Both the position numbers and the translations under genes were made by a program. The notes under the pieces were generated by a model. It saw nothing but the letters and a program-made list of their open reading frames with translations, searched no databases and had not been told where the DNA came from. A DNA stretch of 64,000 nt, taken from the NCBI RefSeq assembly GCF_009914755.1, contig NC_060934.1; one strand, written 5' to 3'. Positions 44,861 to 62,768 of the stretch are shown here, piece by piece; the stretch's first letter is position 1; each line of letters begins with the position of its first letter. Origin of the DNA: the human T2T-CHM13v2.0 reference genome, Homo sapiens.

Positions 44861-46011
44861 CTATTGAAAGCTAGACATAGGCAGCTGGGCTTGTCTTAGG
44901 ACCCTAATCAGTGACTGTTGACTGGACCAAGGGCACACCTGACCAAGGAAGAAGCAATGCGGGTGGCTTGAGAAAATGAGATTCTCTGGAAATGTGAATG
45001 AATAACTGGAGTCGTAGTGGGCGTTGTCCTGGACATTGGCCTGCTAAAGTGGGAGCTAGAATGGGTACTGCAGGAAGAGTAAAGCCTGTGGGTGGGTGGA
45101 ATATGGCAGACAGGAAGAGCCTTGCTAGCAAGACAATCTGTGGGGAGAAGCAGATGAATGGAAGAGAGGGGGCAAAAGGGAGAGGGAGAGACAGACAGAT
45201 GAGAATTCAGGCAACCGTATGGGAGCCAGAAGCCTTGTATCTCTACTGCTGGTTTGAGTTCCTGTGTAAAGGCTCAGCTGTCCTTTACTTCCCATCCTTG
45301 GATGCTGGTGAGTCTGCCTAATGTCTCCTCCATGCATATCCCCTTTATCTATGCTCCCTTGAGATAGTTTTTGCTCCTTACAACCAGTCAGTCCCTAAAT
45401 AGAACCAAAGTACCAAGGGTCATGGCAGAAGAAGTGGACTCAAAGTGAAGTTTGACCTGGGTCTCAGTACATCAAGTGGTGGGGAGGGTGAGGTCACAAC
45501 CAACATATCTCTATTACAGGAATCAAAAGACATTTCTTAGGAGGCATCAGTGTGGCATGGGGACAGATTGGATGAGAGGGAGGTGAGGGAGAGGTGGAAG
45601 GCAAAATTGAAGTTTCAAGTATGGGCATCTGGTGGATGGATGTGCCGTTGACAACAGAACTGAGGATAGGTTTTGCAGAGAGCAGGTAGAGAGGGAGCTA
45701 CTCTGTTTAATTTTAAATGTATTGATTTCTCATCATCAACTGATCACTTTTACTGGTTGCAAATAATATCAAAGAGGTTGATTTTAATCAAGGGAATAGG
45801 CAAAGGAACCAACGAAGAAGCATCTTATATCCATCTTGAAGGAGAAACCATAAACACGTGAAGAAATCAAGTGTTCAAATCTTTCTTATATTTACAATTT
45901 TAGAATAAGTGTTCATTGGCATGTGAGCACAGTCTTCTGGTTTTGATCTCTCTTGGGGACTTTCTTGCCTGCTGTCCTTAGGATTTCATACAAGATTTTT
46001 GAAAGAGATCA

Positions 46012-46365
<354 letters not shown>

Positions 46366-46607
46366 TTATTTTATTTTATTTTATTTTATTTTATTTTTTA
46401 TTATTATACTTTAAGTTTTAGGGTACATGTGCACATTGTGCAGGTTAGTTACATATGTATACATGTGCCATGCTGGTGCGCTGCACCCACTAACTCATCA
46501 TCTAGCATTAGGTATATCTCCCAATGCTATCCCTGCGCCCTCCCCCCACCCCACAACAGTGCCCAGAGTGTGATGTTCCCCTTCCTGTGTCCATGTGTTC
46601 TCATTGT

Positions 46608-50432
<3,825 letters not shown>

Positions 50433-50495
50433 TATGATGTTAGCTGGTTATTTTGCTCATTAGTTGATGCAGTTTCTTCCTAGTCTCGATGGTCT

Positions 50496-51512
50496 TTACA
50501 TTTTGGCATGATTTTGTAGCGGCTGGTACCGGTTGTTCCTTTCCATGTTTAGCACTTCCTTCAGGAGTTCTTTTAGGGCAGGCCTGGTGGTGACAAAATC
50601 TCTCAGCATTTGCTTGTCTGTAAAGTATTTTATTTCTCCTTCACTTATGAAGCTTAGTTTGGCTGGATATGAAATTCTGGGTTGAAAATTCTTTTCTTTA
50701 AGAATGTTGAATATTGGCCCCCACTCTCTTCTGGCTTGTAGGGTTTCTGCTGAGAGATCAGCTATTAGTCTGATGGGCTTCCCTTTGAGGGTAACCCGAC
50801 CTTTCTCTCTGGCTGCCCTTAACATTTTTTCCTTCATTTCAACTTTGGTGAATCTGACAATTATGTGTCTTGGAATTGCTCTTCTCGAGGAGTATCTTTG
50901 TGGCGTTCTCTGTATTTCCTGAATCTGAATGTTGGCCCACCTTGCTAGATTGGGGAAGTTCTCCTGGATAATATCCTGTAGAGTGTTTTCCAACTTGGTT
51001 CCATTCTCCCCATCACTTTCAGGTACACCAATCAGATGTAGATTTGGTCTTTTCACATAGTCCCATATTTCTTGGAGGCTTTGCTCATTTCTTTTTATTC
51101 TTTTTTCCCTAAACTTCCCTTCTCGCTTCATTTCATTCATTTCATCTTCCATCGCTGATACCCTTTTTTCCAGTTGATCGCATCAGCTCCTGAGGCTTCT
51201 GCATTCTTCACGTAGTTCTCGAGCCTTGGTTTTCAGCTCCATCAGCTCCTTTAAGCACTTCTCTGTATTGGTTATTCTAGTTATACATTCTTCTAAATTT
51301 TTTTCAAAGTTTTCAACTTCTTTGCCTTTGGTTTGAATGTCCTCCCATAGCTCAGAGTAATTTGATCGTCTGAAGCCTTCTTCTCTCAGCTCGTGAAAGT
51401 CATTCTCCATCCAGCTTTGTTCCATTGCTGGTGAGGAACTGCGTTCCTTTGGAGGAGGAGAGGCGCTCTGCGTTTTAGAGTTTCCAGTTTTTCTGTTCTG
51501 TTTTTTCCCCAT
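50496..51512 (-). pseudogene. L1 ORF1 with a single in-frame nonsense codon (codon 110, CGA>TGA)
   Basis: ORFs 51183..51512 and 50496..51152 share a frame; sense agc TGA tgc gat caa. Confidence 0.93.
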
Positions 51513-52413
51513 CTTTGTGGTTTTATCTACTTTTGGTCTTTGATGATGGTGATGTACAGATGGGTTTTTGGTGTGGATGTCCTTTCTGTTTGTTAGTTTT
51601 CCTTCTAACAGACAGGACCCTCAGCTGTAGGTCTGTTGGGATATCCTGCCGTGTGAGGTGTCAGTGTGTCCCTGCTGGGGGGTGCCTCCCAGTTAGGCTG
51701 CTCGGGGGTCAGGGGTCAGGGACCCACTTGAGGAGGCAGTCTGCCAGTTCTCAGATCTCCAGCTGCGTGCTGGGAGAACCACTGCTCTCTTCAAAGCTGT
51801 CAGACAGGGTTATTTAAGTCTGCAGAGGTTACTGCTGTCTTTTTGTTTGTCTGTGCCCTGCCCCCAGAGGTGGAGCCTACAGAGGCAGGCAGGCCTCCTT
51901 GAGCTGTGGTGGGCTCCACCCAGTTCGAGCTTCGGGCTGCTTTGTTTACCTAATCAAGCCTGAGCAATAGCGGGCGCCCCTCCCCCAGCCTTGCTGCCGG
52001 CCTTGCAGTTTGATCTCAGAGTGCTGTGCTAGCAATCAGGGATACTCCGTGGGCGTAGGACCCTCCGAGCCAGGTGCGGGATATAATCTTGTGGTGTGCC
52101 GTTTTTTAAGCCCGTTGGAAAAGCGCAGTATTCAGGTGGGAGTGACCCTATTTTCCAGGTGCCCTCTGTCACCCCTTTCTTTGACTCGGAAAGGGAACTC
52201 CCTGACCCCTTGCGCTTCGCAAGTGAGGCAATGCCTCGCCCTGCTTCGGCTCGCGCACGGTGTGCGCACCCACTGACCTGCGCCCACTGTCTGGCACTCC
52301 CTAGTGAGATGAACCCGGTACCTCAGATGGAAATGTAGAAATCACCCATCTTCTGCGTCGCTCACGCTGGGAGGTGTAGTCCGGAGCTGTTCCTATTTGG
52401 CCATCTTGGCTCC
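51513..52413 (-). promoter_or_regulatory. L1 5'UTR: internal sense promoter (YY1 site) and antisense promoter firing on +
   Basis: ggccatctt (YY1 site) at ~52399-52407; CpG-containing UTR; ASP location from known L1PA architecture. Confidence 0.7.
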
Positions 52414-52469
52414 GAATAATTTGTTTTCAGTAGGTTGAAGTCCAAGGGCATCAGACTTGCATTGTTTGG

Positions 52470-52640
52470 GGCAAAGAGGCTTGAACTAGGAATCCTCGGG
52501 TTTGACATTTTTGCCCTGGTTTTACCACTGACCAGCTGTAGTGATTTGGGCAAGGCACAGAAGCTCTCTGTGCCTCATTTTTTCACATGCAAACAGAAGT
52601 GGACTACATTTCTAGTGTGCTTTCTAGCTCTCAGGTATGA
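52470..52640 (+). mobile_element. MIR
   Basis: gtgatttgggcaaggcacagaagctctctgtgcctcattttttcac. Confidence 0.7.
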
Positions 52641-53929
52641 CGATTTTATAATTCTTATGCTTTACTTAGCCATGAAAACCTCACCTAGGAGAAGCTGAGT
52701 GCTGAGTAAATGCAAGATATGGGCTGTTTTATACACATACCATAGAAAGAGAACAAAAGGTCAATATGGAAATACATAGCCCATATGCTCCTTGGTGAGT
52801 TAATGGTGCAGCAAAATTTCAATGTTTGTATCTATCTATCTGGAAATAAATATGCTTACTGGCCAAGGAGATAATGGATCTGAAGCAATTTTTCACAATT
52901 GTGCACATGAGAAGCACATTATTTATTCCTGAAGACATGGAAAGGTGCTCATTACTGAACAGTGATAGAGGAATTATTACTAGTATGAAATTCATGAGGA
53001 GACCACATTCTCAGGCAATATGCTTACAAGGCTCTCATTACATTGCTCAGATTTCAGATGATGCCTAGAAAACAGTCTTCTTGGGATGTTGTCTCATCCC
53101 GGGTTTTTTCTTTTTTTTGGTCATAGTATGGTCCCTGAATGTTAACCTTCCTGAGGAAAGTCTAAGATATGGTCATCACACTTATTTGGATCTTATGAAG
53201 GTGGCATGAAATAGTTAAGGGTAAAAGCATAGGTCATGGGTATGATTGATCAAAGAACACTAAAGGCATTGTTAAGTCTATGACTTTTGTCTTGCTGGGA
53301 AATGTATAATTTGGAAGTTCACTTCTTGCCAAAGACCAAGGGTCTAGAAAGTAGAACTCTTCTCAGTTAGACAAAAGCCAGTTATGGTGAGAAGCATGCA
53401 TTTTGCAAAGCTCCCATGATCAGTATCAGTAGTTGCAGAGATTCTTGTGGTTGCTAATTGAAATGAGGATGCAAAACTAGAGAAAATTCAGTTCATGATG
53501 ACTTAATATAAAATCTAAACTATGAGCAACTGAAGTCAGGGAGTTAGGGTATTCCAAACAGCTGTCATGAAAAACCAGCTATGAAAAAGGGAACACTGGA
53601 GCATAGACTAGAATGATGATGTGGATCACTTTCATTCACTCATTAATTCATTCAACCAACTTGATGGATTCAATTTCAGACATATTGGGTTTGAAGTTCC
53701 TTCTGCATTTCCAAAGAAAGATGACCAGTATCTATAAAATAGCTACTACCCTTTGATAAGGGCATGACCAAGGGAGCAGTGGAGGTCAGAGCTTCTTGAG
53801 AGTTTACTCTGGGCCAGACCATATAATCACTATTTCTCAGAAGAGGAGGCTGAGCATTATAGAGGTTAAATAGCTTACCCTAAATCATACAACTAGGCAT
53901 ATGGCAAACTCAGGAAAAAAAGCTTTCTA

Positions 53930-54340
53930 TAACACTTTTTATAGAAAAGTTCAAACATACACAAAAGTAGAGAAAATAATGTAAGGAGCCCAATATGTGG
54001 TTTCAATAATTATTGGGTTATCTTGTTTTATCTGTACCTGCCACTGGAATAGTTTGGAAGCAAATACCATTTTATCTGTAACTATTTCAGTGCCATCTCT
54101 GAAAGATAAGGGCTTTAAAGAGCAAAACCCAATGCCAATATCATATCTCCCCAAATTAACAGTAATTCCTTATCAGCAAATGTCCAGTGTGAGGATGCCC
54201 CATTATCTCATACTTATTAAAAAACTTTGCTTAAATCAGGGTCTAATAAGGCCCACATGTTGCAGTAAGTTGATATTTTGCTTACCAATTTTGATCCCTA
54301 ATTTCTCCCTTTTGCAAATTATTTGTTGAAGAAATACATT
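53930..54340 (-). mobile_element. Old L1 (L1MC-like) 3' end
   Basis: aagttcaaacatacacaaaagtagagaaaataatgtaa. Confidence 0.6.
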
Positions 54341-55508
54341 AAAATTTCCTCTTCCACGTCTCACTTCTCTTTCTCTCCCCATAGGGAACCATTTTCAAGT
54401 GTTTACTATTTAGGCTCTGAGACCGTCTTATATCTCAGAGACGTATGCACACATATAAAATGTACCTATTTATGTTGATATATATGATACATTTTACATG
54501 TGCATATGTATGCATGCCTTGGCTATTGCTATATGCTGGTTGATCCACCTAATCCTAGTGGCTATACGGTAATTCCATGAGAGGTATTCCTGTACCCCAG
54601 TGTATCCCACTGACATAAATCTAGATCCTATTTTTTCTCCGGACTCTGACTATGAAACACAGTTTAGAAATCAAGGCTCAAATTCTTTCTGTTTTGTTGT
54701 CATGGACACAATAGAAATAGCCACTAGCACTTGTAGAGTGCTTTATTCTTTACAAAACATTTTCATGCCTCTTTTCTTACTTAATCATTGTGTAGAATGT
54801 TGTGGCTTGGGAGTTAAAAATATTTCTCTTGCTGGTTGACAAGGAGGCTTGGTATAGGGATAAAAATTCTATTTCAGAATTATTATTATTCCTATCTATT
54901 TTTAAACATTTAGCTACCCAACTTGTAGTGGCAATGTTACCAACATTGATGGGAACCTCCTGTGAGAAAGATGTACAGCCACCCAAGGGCTTGGGAGGCC
55001 ATGGATCAGGCAGTGAGAGGTATGGGTCAACATCAAGGGGGCAAAGACTGGACCTGTTTGCCAAGAGCCAAGGAAAGAGGCATTTGCTCTTGGGAGTACA
55101 AAGACACATGAGGTCTAATCAGCCCAGAGGGCAAAACTGGGTAACTGAAGCTGACCCTGCCTGTCTTATATTCTTACTCTAGAATGGCACTCCCGACCCC
55201 TGTGCTCAGGGTCTTAAATGCTGTTGCCAGGATCCAGCTTGTTCCACCTGGATCGCTGGAAGAGTGAAAGAGAAGTCAGTCTGGATTACTGAACATTCTG
55301 AATGGTGCCATACTAATATAATAATGTGTTAGATAAAATAATATGAAATTGCCAATATTTGTTATTTTTGACCTACAAAAATGTCACATTTAATATTGAG
55401 TACATTTCTAAGAACATTCATACCTAGAAATAATAGTATTTCTAAGTACAAGATACTTGCCTAGGATAGCCATTTTTCTTCCTAGGAATAGATTAGCATT
55501 TTACCTAG

Positions 55509-56409
55509 TGTAATGGAAAAAACCAAACTACTTTCTCCTCTGTATTTACACTCAGCACTTAATACTCTGGCCACCAAAATGTGTAGGAGTGTCCTCACAC
55601 TGACAATTTATTCAACACCAGCAAACTTTTCTATAATTTAATTGAATTCTACCACTATCTACCTACAGATAGCATCAGATAACCCCTTAAGGGCTCAATC
55701 CCAAAAGGCTGCCCTCCACTTCAGATGCCAGTAGCAAGTACCAGGTTCCAGGTTGTCACCCGTGCTTCTGACTGACAGAGGGAATCAGACCTGCCTCCTC
55801 ATGATCCCCTCATTGGATTTGATTATTTGTTAGAATGGAATTCAGGGAGACCCTTTATTTACACTTATTAATTGTTCACTTATTACAAAACGATGTAATT
55901 CAGAACAGCCATATGGAAGAGATGCACAAGGTGAGGTATGGTGAGGCTGTAGAGCTTCCATGCCCTCTCTGGGGGTGCCAGCCTCCCAGCACCTCCATGT
56001 GTTCAGCTACCCAGAAACTCTCTGAACCTTTCAGTTCGGGGATTTTATGGAGGCTTTGTTGTGTAGGCATGATCCCTTATTAGCTCAGTCTGTAGCCCAT
56101 ATCCCCTTCCTGGAGATGGGCAATAGGGATGAAAGTTCTAAGTTTCTAATCATGGCCTGGTTTTTCTGGGGATCAGCTCCTATCCGGAGTCACCTCATTA
56201 GAACAAAAGATGTTCCTATTACTCAGGAAATTCCAAAGGATTTATGAGCTCTGTGTGAGGGAGAAGTATCAAAGACCAAATATTATTAGAACAAAAGATT
56301 CTCCTAGCACCTTGTTGCTCAGGAAATTACAAGAGTTTTAGGGATCTCTGTGCCAGGAACTGCGGATAAAGAAAAAAATATATTTCTTATTACAAATCAC
56401 AATATTTCA
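55509..56409 (-). mobile_element. MER21-family LTR
   Basis: aattctaccactatctacctacagatagcatcagat..agggctcaatccc..aggaaattccaaagg..aaatcacaatatttca; near-TSD (c/t)ctag. Confidence 0.8.
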
Positions 56410-56658
56410 TCTAGTACATAGGAGACTAAATTTAACAACTAGAAAGTACTGAGTTGCCACATTTATTTTCTGGAGTTAAATAATAATTTTGAAATACTAG
56501 CAATGCATACAAATAATTGGTATTTGAGTAGTTTATTCTTTCTGTAATGATAACCTCTCTAGAGGGGAACCAGCTCAGTCATCATCTGTAAAATGGGAAA
56601 GATGGCACCTACTTTATAGTATAGAATATATATTTGGATTCTGACAACAGAGGTGAGT

Positions 56659-58239
56659 TGATACGGTTTGAATGTTTGTCCCCCGCAAATCTTATGTTGA
56701 AATGTAATTAATCCCTTATATTGAAGGTGGGGCCTCCTGGGAGGTGTTTGAGTCATAGGGGTGGATCCCTCATGAATTAGATTGGTGCCCTCCTCATGGT
56801 AATGAGTGAGTTCTTACCTGAGTTCACATGAGATCTGGTTGTTCAAAAGAGCCTGATACCTCCCTCTTCTCTCTTGCTTGCTCTTTCCATGTGACATGCT
56901 GGCTCCCCTTCATCTTCCACCATGATCGGAAGCTTCCTGAGTCCTCACCAGAAGCTGAGCAGATTCCTGTGCTGTGCTTTTGGTACAGCCTGCAGAACCA
57001 TGAGCCAATTAAACCTCTTTTCTTTATAAATTACCCAGCCTCAGATATTATTTTATAGCAATGCAAAACAAACAAATAAAAAAACAAAAAGCAAACAAAC
57101 AAAAAAACAGAATAACACAGAAAATTGGTACCAAGGAGTGGGGCATTGCTACAAAGATACCTGAGGATGTGGAAATGGCTTTGGGACTGGGTAATGGGCA
57201 GAGGTTGGAAGAGTTTGGAGTGCTCAGAAGAAGACAGGAAGGGAAAGTTTGGAACTTCTTAGAGACTGGTTAAATGGTTGTGACCATTTAATGCTGACAG
57301 AAATATGGACAATGAAGGCCAGGCTGAGGAGGGTTCATATGGAAATGAGGAATTTATTGGGAAGTAGAGTAAGGGTCACCCTTATTATGCCCTAGCAAAC
57401 AGCTTCAATGTATCCATGTCCTAGGAGTCTGTAGAAGGTTGAACTTGGGAGTGATGACCTAGGGCATCTGGTAGAAGAAATTTCTAAGCAGCAAAGCAGT
57501 CAAGATGTGGCATGGCTGCTTCTAACAACCTATGATCAGATATGGGAGCAAAGGAATGACTTAAATTTGGAACTTATATTTAAAAGGGAACCATAGAGTA
57601 AAAGTTTGGAAAATTTGAAGCCTGGCCACGTGGTAAAGGAAAGAGCATTTTCAGCTGAGGAACACAAGTGGGCTGTGTTCTACTTGCTAGAGAGATTTGC
57701 ATGACTAAAAGGGAGCTAAGTGCTAACATATATGACATGCAAAAAAGTCTTTGAAGGTGTTTCCGAAGTCTCTGAGGCAGCCCCTCCCACCACAGGCCAA
57801 GGTCTAGGCAGAAAGAATGGTTTTGGGGGCCAGGCCCAGGGCTCCACTGACCTGTGCATCTTTGGGACCCTGCTTCCCACATTCCAGCAGCTCTGGCTCC
57901 AGCCTCAGGTCAAAGGGACCCAGATACAGCTTGGGCTGCTCTGGATGGTGCAAGCCATAAACCCTGGTGGCTTCCATGTGGTGTTAAGCCTGCAAGTGCA
58001 CAGAGTGCAAAAGTGAAGGAGATTTGGCAGCTTCTACCTAGATTTCAAAGGATAGAAGAAGTCTGGGAGTCTGGGTGCACAGAAAAAAGCTTGCTGCAGG
58101 GGCGAAACTCCCACAGAGGAACTCTATGATGGCAATGTCAAGGGGAACCCCCTCACAGATTCCTCACCTCTTTTTTGTTTAAAAGAAATTACCCAGCCTC
58201 AGGTATTCCTTTATAACAATGCAAAAACACACTAATGCA
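56659..58239 (+). mobile_element. MST (MSTA/B) MaLR provirus: 5' LTR, partial internal region, 3' LTR stub
   Basis: LTR 56659-~57119; internal from gaaaattggtaccaagg; jumps at ~58150 to aaattacccagcctcaggtattcc..actaatgca; near-TSD (t/a)gagt. Confidence 0.85.
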
Positions 58240-59624
58240 AGAGTTAATGCTGAATAGTTATTCCTGTTTTAAGAAAATTTATACTAGTGATAAATACCCA
58301 GATAGAATACTTGAGGCCCACAATAATACTAAAATATTTGATGATGGTTTTTTGAAAAATAAACTTGACCAACTGAGCAAGCAACTTTGTGGAAAAGACC
58401 TTGTGCCTCCAAAAGGTGTCATGGAACAGAACGGAGACACCATGAGATGATGAAGAGTACAGCTTCTGGGCTACCATGGTTTTCCAGCTGGGTGCTCTTG
58501 GACAGAAAACAGACTTGTTCTCATCTCAGAGGGTCATTGTCAGCATTAAAGTAAATGAAAGCAGCAGAAGAAAAGTGATTAGGACAGAGTAGCTTCTCAG
58601 CCTCTGCTAGCCTTGTTTTCCCACCTCCAAAAACCAAGCAGAAGTTTAATCATTTTCCCGTGGCTCTGAGGCTTAACATATTCTCCATTCCAGCACATTA
58701 TTAATATATTACTAATGGAAAAATACAGTTTAACTGTGAATTGCCAATTAATGAAACTCTGCTGTAGAGGAACTAATTTAAATCAAACCCCTCAACAGAT
58801 GATGGTAATGCAAGAGCATTAAAAAAACCCTTTGAATAGAAGAGATTTTTGAAAGATGATGGAAGCATGCTGAGCATATTATTCATAGACTTTTCTTGAG
58901 ACATGATTAAAAATGTTTCAAATGGTATTAATGTTGAGGTTTGAAGTTGCACAAGAAGAAGTGGTGGTGTAGAAACAGAACATGTTTGTATGTCAGAATA
59001 CATTTGTGGGTTTATTAAGACTTTAGTAAGTCCTGCAGATAGGATGAGAAAATCTGTCAGCCTGTTTTTCTTTTTTCTTTTCAGGCTCTGTATTTTCAAG
59101 ATCTGATTTTCTTCTTCTATAGACCAATTCAGTTTCTGGCTTATATCTGTGGAGTAGAATAATTTCTCTACCTCCATGTCTTCCCTGTCAAACTTATTGT
59201 CAACACTAAAGTCAAGATGACTTTATATAACACAATTCTGATCACATCACTCCCTGGTAACGTGAGTCACCAACTCCCACAAAGTAAGCCGTATAGCTTT
59301 AATATCTGAGTCAAGGACTGTCATCCTCTCATGGTATAGAGATGTGGATAAAGAGCCTGGTCAATGGAGCCAGACTGCCTGAGTTCACACAAGTGAAGAG
59401 CTTAGAACGGTGCCTGGCATGCAGGGAAAGAACAAGAAAATTCAGCTGTGATAGCAGGCTCTGGGCTATCTTTGTCTCATTTCCATCCTGATCCCTCCCA
59501 CAGAATCCATCATCATCTTTATTAATACTCCTTAGGAACTCTGTATTTATTACTTCATGTAATCCTTATGACAATCCATGCAACTGGGTTCTTTAATTAA
59601 CCCCCTTTACAATAATCCCTTGGG

Positions 59625-59785
59625 ATTATGCCACATTGGAATCACTTGGGTTGTTTTTAAAACACTGATGCCTGGACCCCACACTTAGAGATTCTGAAAT
59701 AATTGGAGTGGGACTCAAACATTGACTTTTATTTCTTAATTTCCTGCGCTGAGGCTAACATGCAGGTAGAGTTGTGGACCACTGA
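59625..59785. mobile_element. MER5A-like hAT MITE
   Basis: cacattggaatcacttggg..aaaaacactgatgcctggacccc..gttgtggaccactg. Confidence 0.7.
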
Positions 59786-59979
59786 GTCTGGTGATTTGCC
59801 CAATGTCCTCCCAGGCCATAAGCTAGAATTGGTGGTAGGATGGACTTCAGAGCCCACATTCCTCTTCCTGCAGGGCTACTGGTCATCCTGTCCAGGCACT
59901 ACCTATTCCAGGCCCTGGTGTCCTTGCAGGCACTGCTCCTTTCACCCCATGGACACTCCATTCCTTTACTTCTTCACGT

Positions 59980-60240
59980 AATGAACTTTTTTCCTTTTCC
60001 AAATTCCAGTTCATAAATCACCTGCTTCTCAGGTGGCAATAGTCATTCCTAATTCTGAGCTGCTGCTGTCAGCTCTTGGGCACATATGACATTATATTGT
60101 AATCTGTTTACTAGTCTGGCTCCCCCTCCCAGACTATGGTTCTTTGAAGGCAGGTCTGTCTCATGCCTTTGGGGCCCAGGATATTGACACTGCTAGTGTA
60201 GATGTCAAGAAACGTTTAGTGAATGAATGGGTGAATGACT
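59980..60240 (+). mobile_element. L2 3' end
   Basis: ccagactatggttctttgaaggcagg..gtgaatgaatgggtgaatga. Confidence 0.65.
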
Positions 60241-60943
60241 GCATGCATGGTTTTAAATCAGATTCTTCCCATGGGGGAAGAGTATACTTGTTCAGAGTCC
60301 CTAATTTTTTCCTCCAGTGATTAAATTTCTCCCCTATGTAAACCCTCCCTTTCCCTGTATGTAACTGATCTGGTTTCCTCCTGCCTCCCTCACCCCCACC
60401 ATTGGACTATTAGGAAGAGGTGTTCTAAATGCCTGATTTGGATAACATCAGATGCATTCCCTTCCACTTGAGTGTTTCCAAGGTCAAATCCTTAAATGTG
60501 CTTTTAGGAAGTGAGTCTAAAGCTCCATTTTTTCCTTTGAGTCTTTGGAGAGAGGGTAGGCAATAGAAATGCAGCTTCTTATAATGCCATTCAAGAAAAA
60601 GTTTAAATGTCCTATTTTCCTGAGGATTCCAGAACCCAAGAGAGAAGGATAATTGAACCTAGAGAAGAGCAGGGATTTGGAGGAGGGAAGACTGGATTTC
60701 TAAGCATAAGACTGAAGACTGTTGGCGCTGTAGCATGTGCTTTCTGGAGTTACTTAGGTTCCTGACATCTGTCTGTAGGGGAGCCAGCAGCACCCTGTGG
60801 CGCTCTGGCTCTGAAGAGTTGCTGACCTCAGGGCCTTTGATTAGAGAGGTCCTTGCAAAGGGAAGATGTCCACTCTGCTTGGACTACCTAGCTAAAATAC
60901 TTCATATATCCAAAATCAAATCCCCCAAATCAGTGAAATATTT

Positions 60944-61242
60944 ATTTATTGAGACAGGGTCTTGTTCTGTCACCTAGGCTGGAGTGTTGTGGTTTAATCA
61001 CGGTTCACTGCAGCCTCGATCTGATGGACTTAAGCGAGCCTCCCACCTCAGCCTCCAGAGTTGCTGGGACTATAGAGTGCACCACCATGTCTGGAGAATT
61101 ACATTTTTTGTTGTTGTTGTTGTAGAGACAGGGTTTTGCTCTGTTGTTCAGGCTGGTCTTGAACTCCTGAGCACAAGCAATCCTCCCACCTCAGCTGCCC
61201 AAAGTGGTAGGATATTACAGGTGTGAGCTACCATGGCTAGCC
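60944..61242 (-). mobile_element. AluJ
   Basis: cactgcagcctcgatc, ctcctgagcacaagcaatcc; TSD aaatattt. Confidence 0.9.
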
Positions 61243-62459
61243 AAATATTTTTTAACTGAAAGATTTATTATTATTATTTTGGTTTTTCTAAAGGGGGAGA
61301 AGTTAAACAGTGACATGGAATAATAACTGTTATTTACTGTGTCTGAAAGAGAAACTATATTGTGTTTAAATTTTCATCAGGGGAAGCTGACTGTCCGTGA
61401 CACCACTGGGGATTATAGTTTTGACATGGTAAAGAATATTTTCTTATTGTATTGAATATTCACTTTAAGAAATTACCATAAAATATGAATAAACATGAAC
61501 AGGGACTTTAGAATGGTTATCCTCTCAAATCCTCAGGGTATGTTTGTGGAAAGCTGATTTTCCTGTCTTAATAAATTCTAACTCTTCTAATAAAATAAGA
61601 GTGTTGAGAAAGAGTGGCTTGAAACAAGTTTTACATGAGTGAATTCTTTTTTTGTGAAGGTTTCAAAGAATAATTTTGTGGCATTCAAATTTTAAAAATC
61701 TGTTATGGCTCTCCAATTCTACTCTGGGCATTGATTTATTTTTCTGCAAAAAGACACTTTGGTGGATTTCATAAGACATATTGGAGACATCTGTAAAGCA
61801 GGGAGACACACAACTTGTATCAATAGGTCTCTACAGGTAAAGTCATCAAAAATCTCTACTAGATGTAGAAAAGGCTGAATTTTGGGTGCCTGGCCATCCC
61901 CAAACTTTTCATGGACCCATTTCCAGTATGTGATTTAGGCCTAGGTGGACACATTTGGTCTAAAAGATTCTCCATGACCTATTTTATATTGATTTTCCTT
62001 TTATCTCTTTTGGGAGAGTTGACAGTCATCTCTAGGTGGATAGCAATAGCTACCAAACATTATACCTCCTGAGCTCCAGTGAGTTAGTGTCTTACCACCT
62101 GCAGCCTGAGGTAATTTGATTTCACTTATGGCTAAGCAGAATGGTTTCTTAAATTCCTGAAAGACATAAGAAACAGAAACTCAAGGAAGAACAATTTCTG
62201 CTGGAAAATGTGCTCTCCACACACCATAAATAGTGACCCCAAAAGTATATTTCAACCCAGAACAACTTTTCCATTTGTCCAGTGATAAATGTGCTTGTCA
62301 GGAAGATAGTCTCAGAATGAATATCTGAGATATGTATCAATCACACAGTTTATTTATAGTTCTCTTGGTAAGCTTTCTCACCCTAATCTTTTTTCTCTTC
62401 TTTTTTTCTTTTAGGCCAAACTCCTAGTCTAGGCCTTTATTTGCATGTAAGTTATCTTT

Positions 62460-62768
<309 letters not shown>

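Noticed and set aside
58235-59177. ORFs in unique AT-rich sequence (71-134 aa)
   Set aside because: No known domain or exon structure; lengths are compatible with chance.
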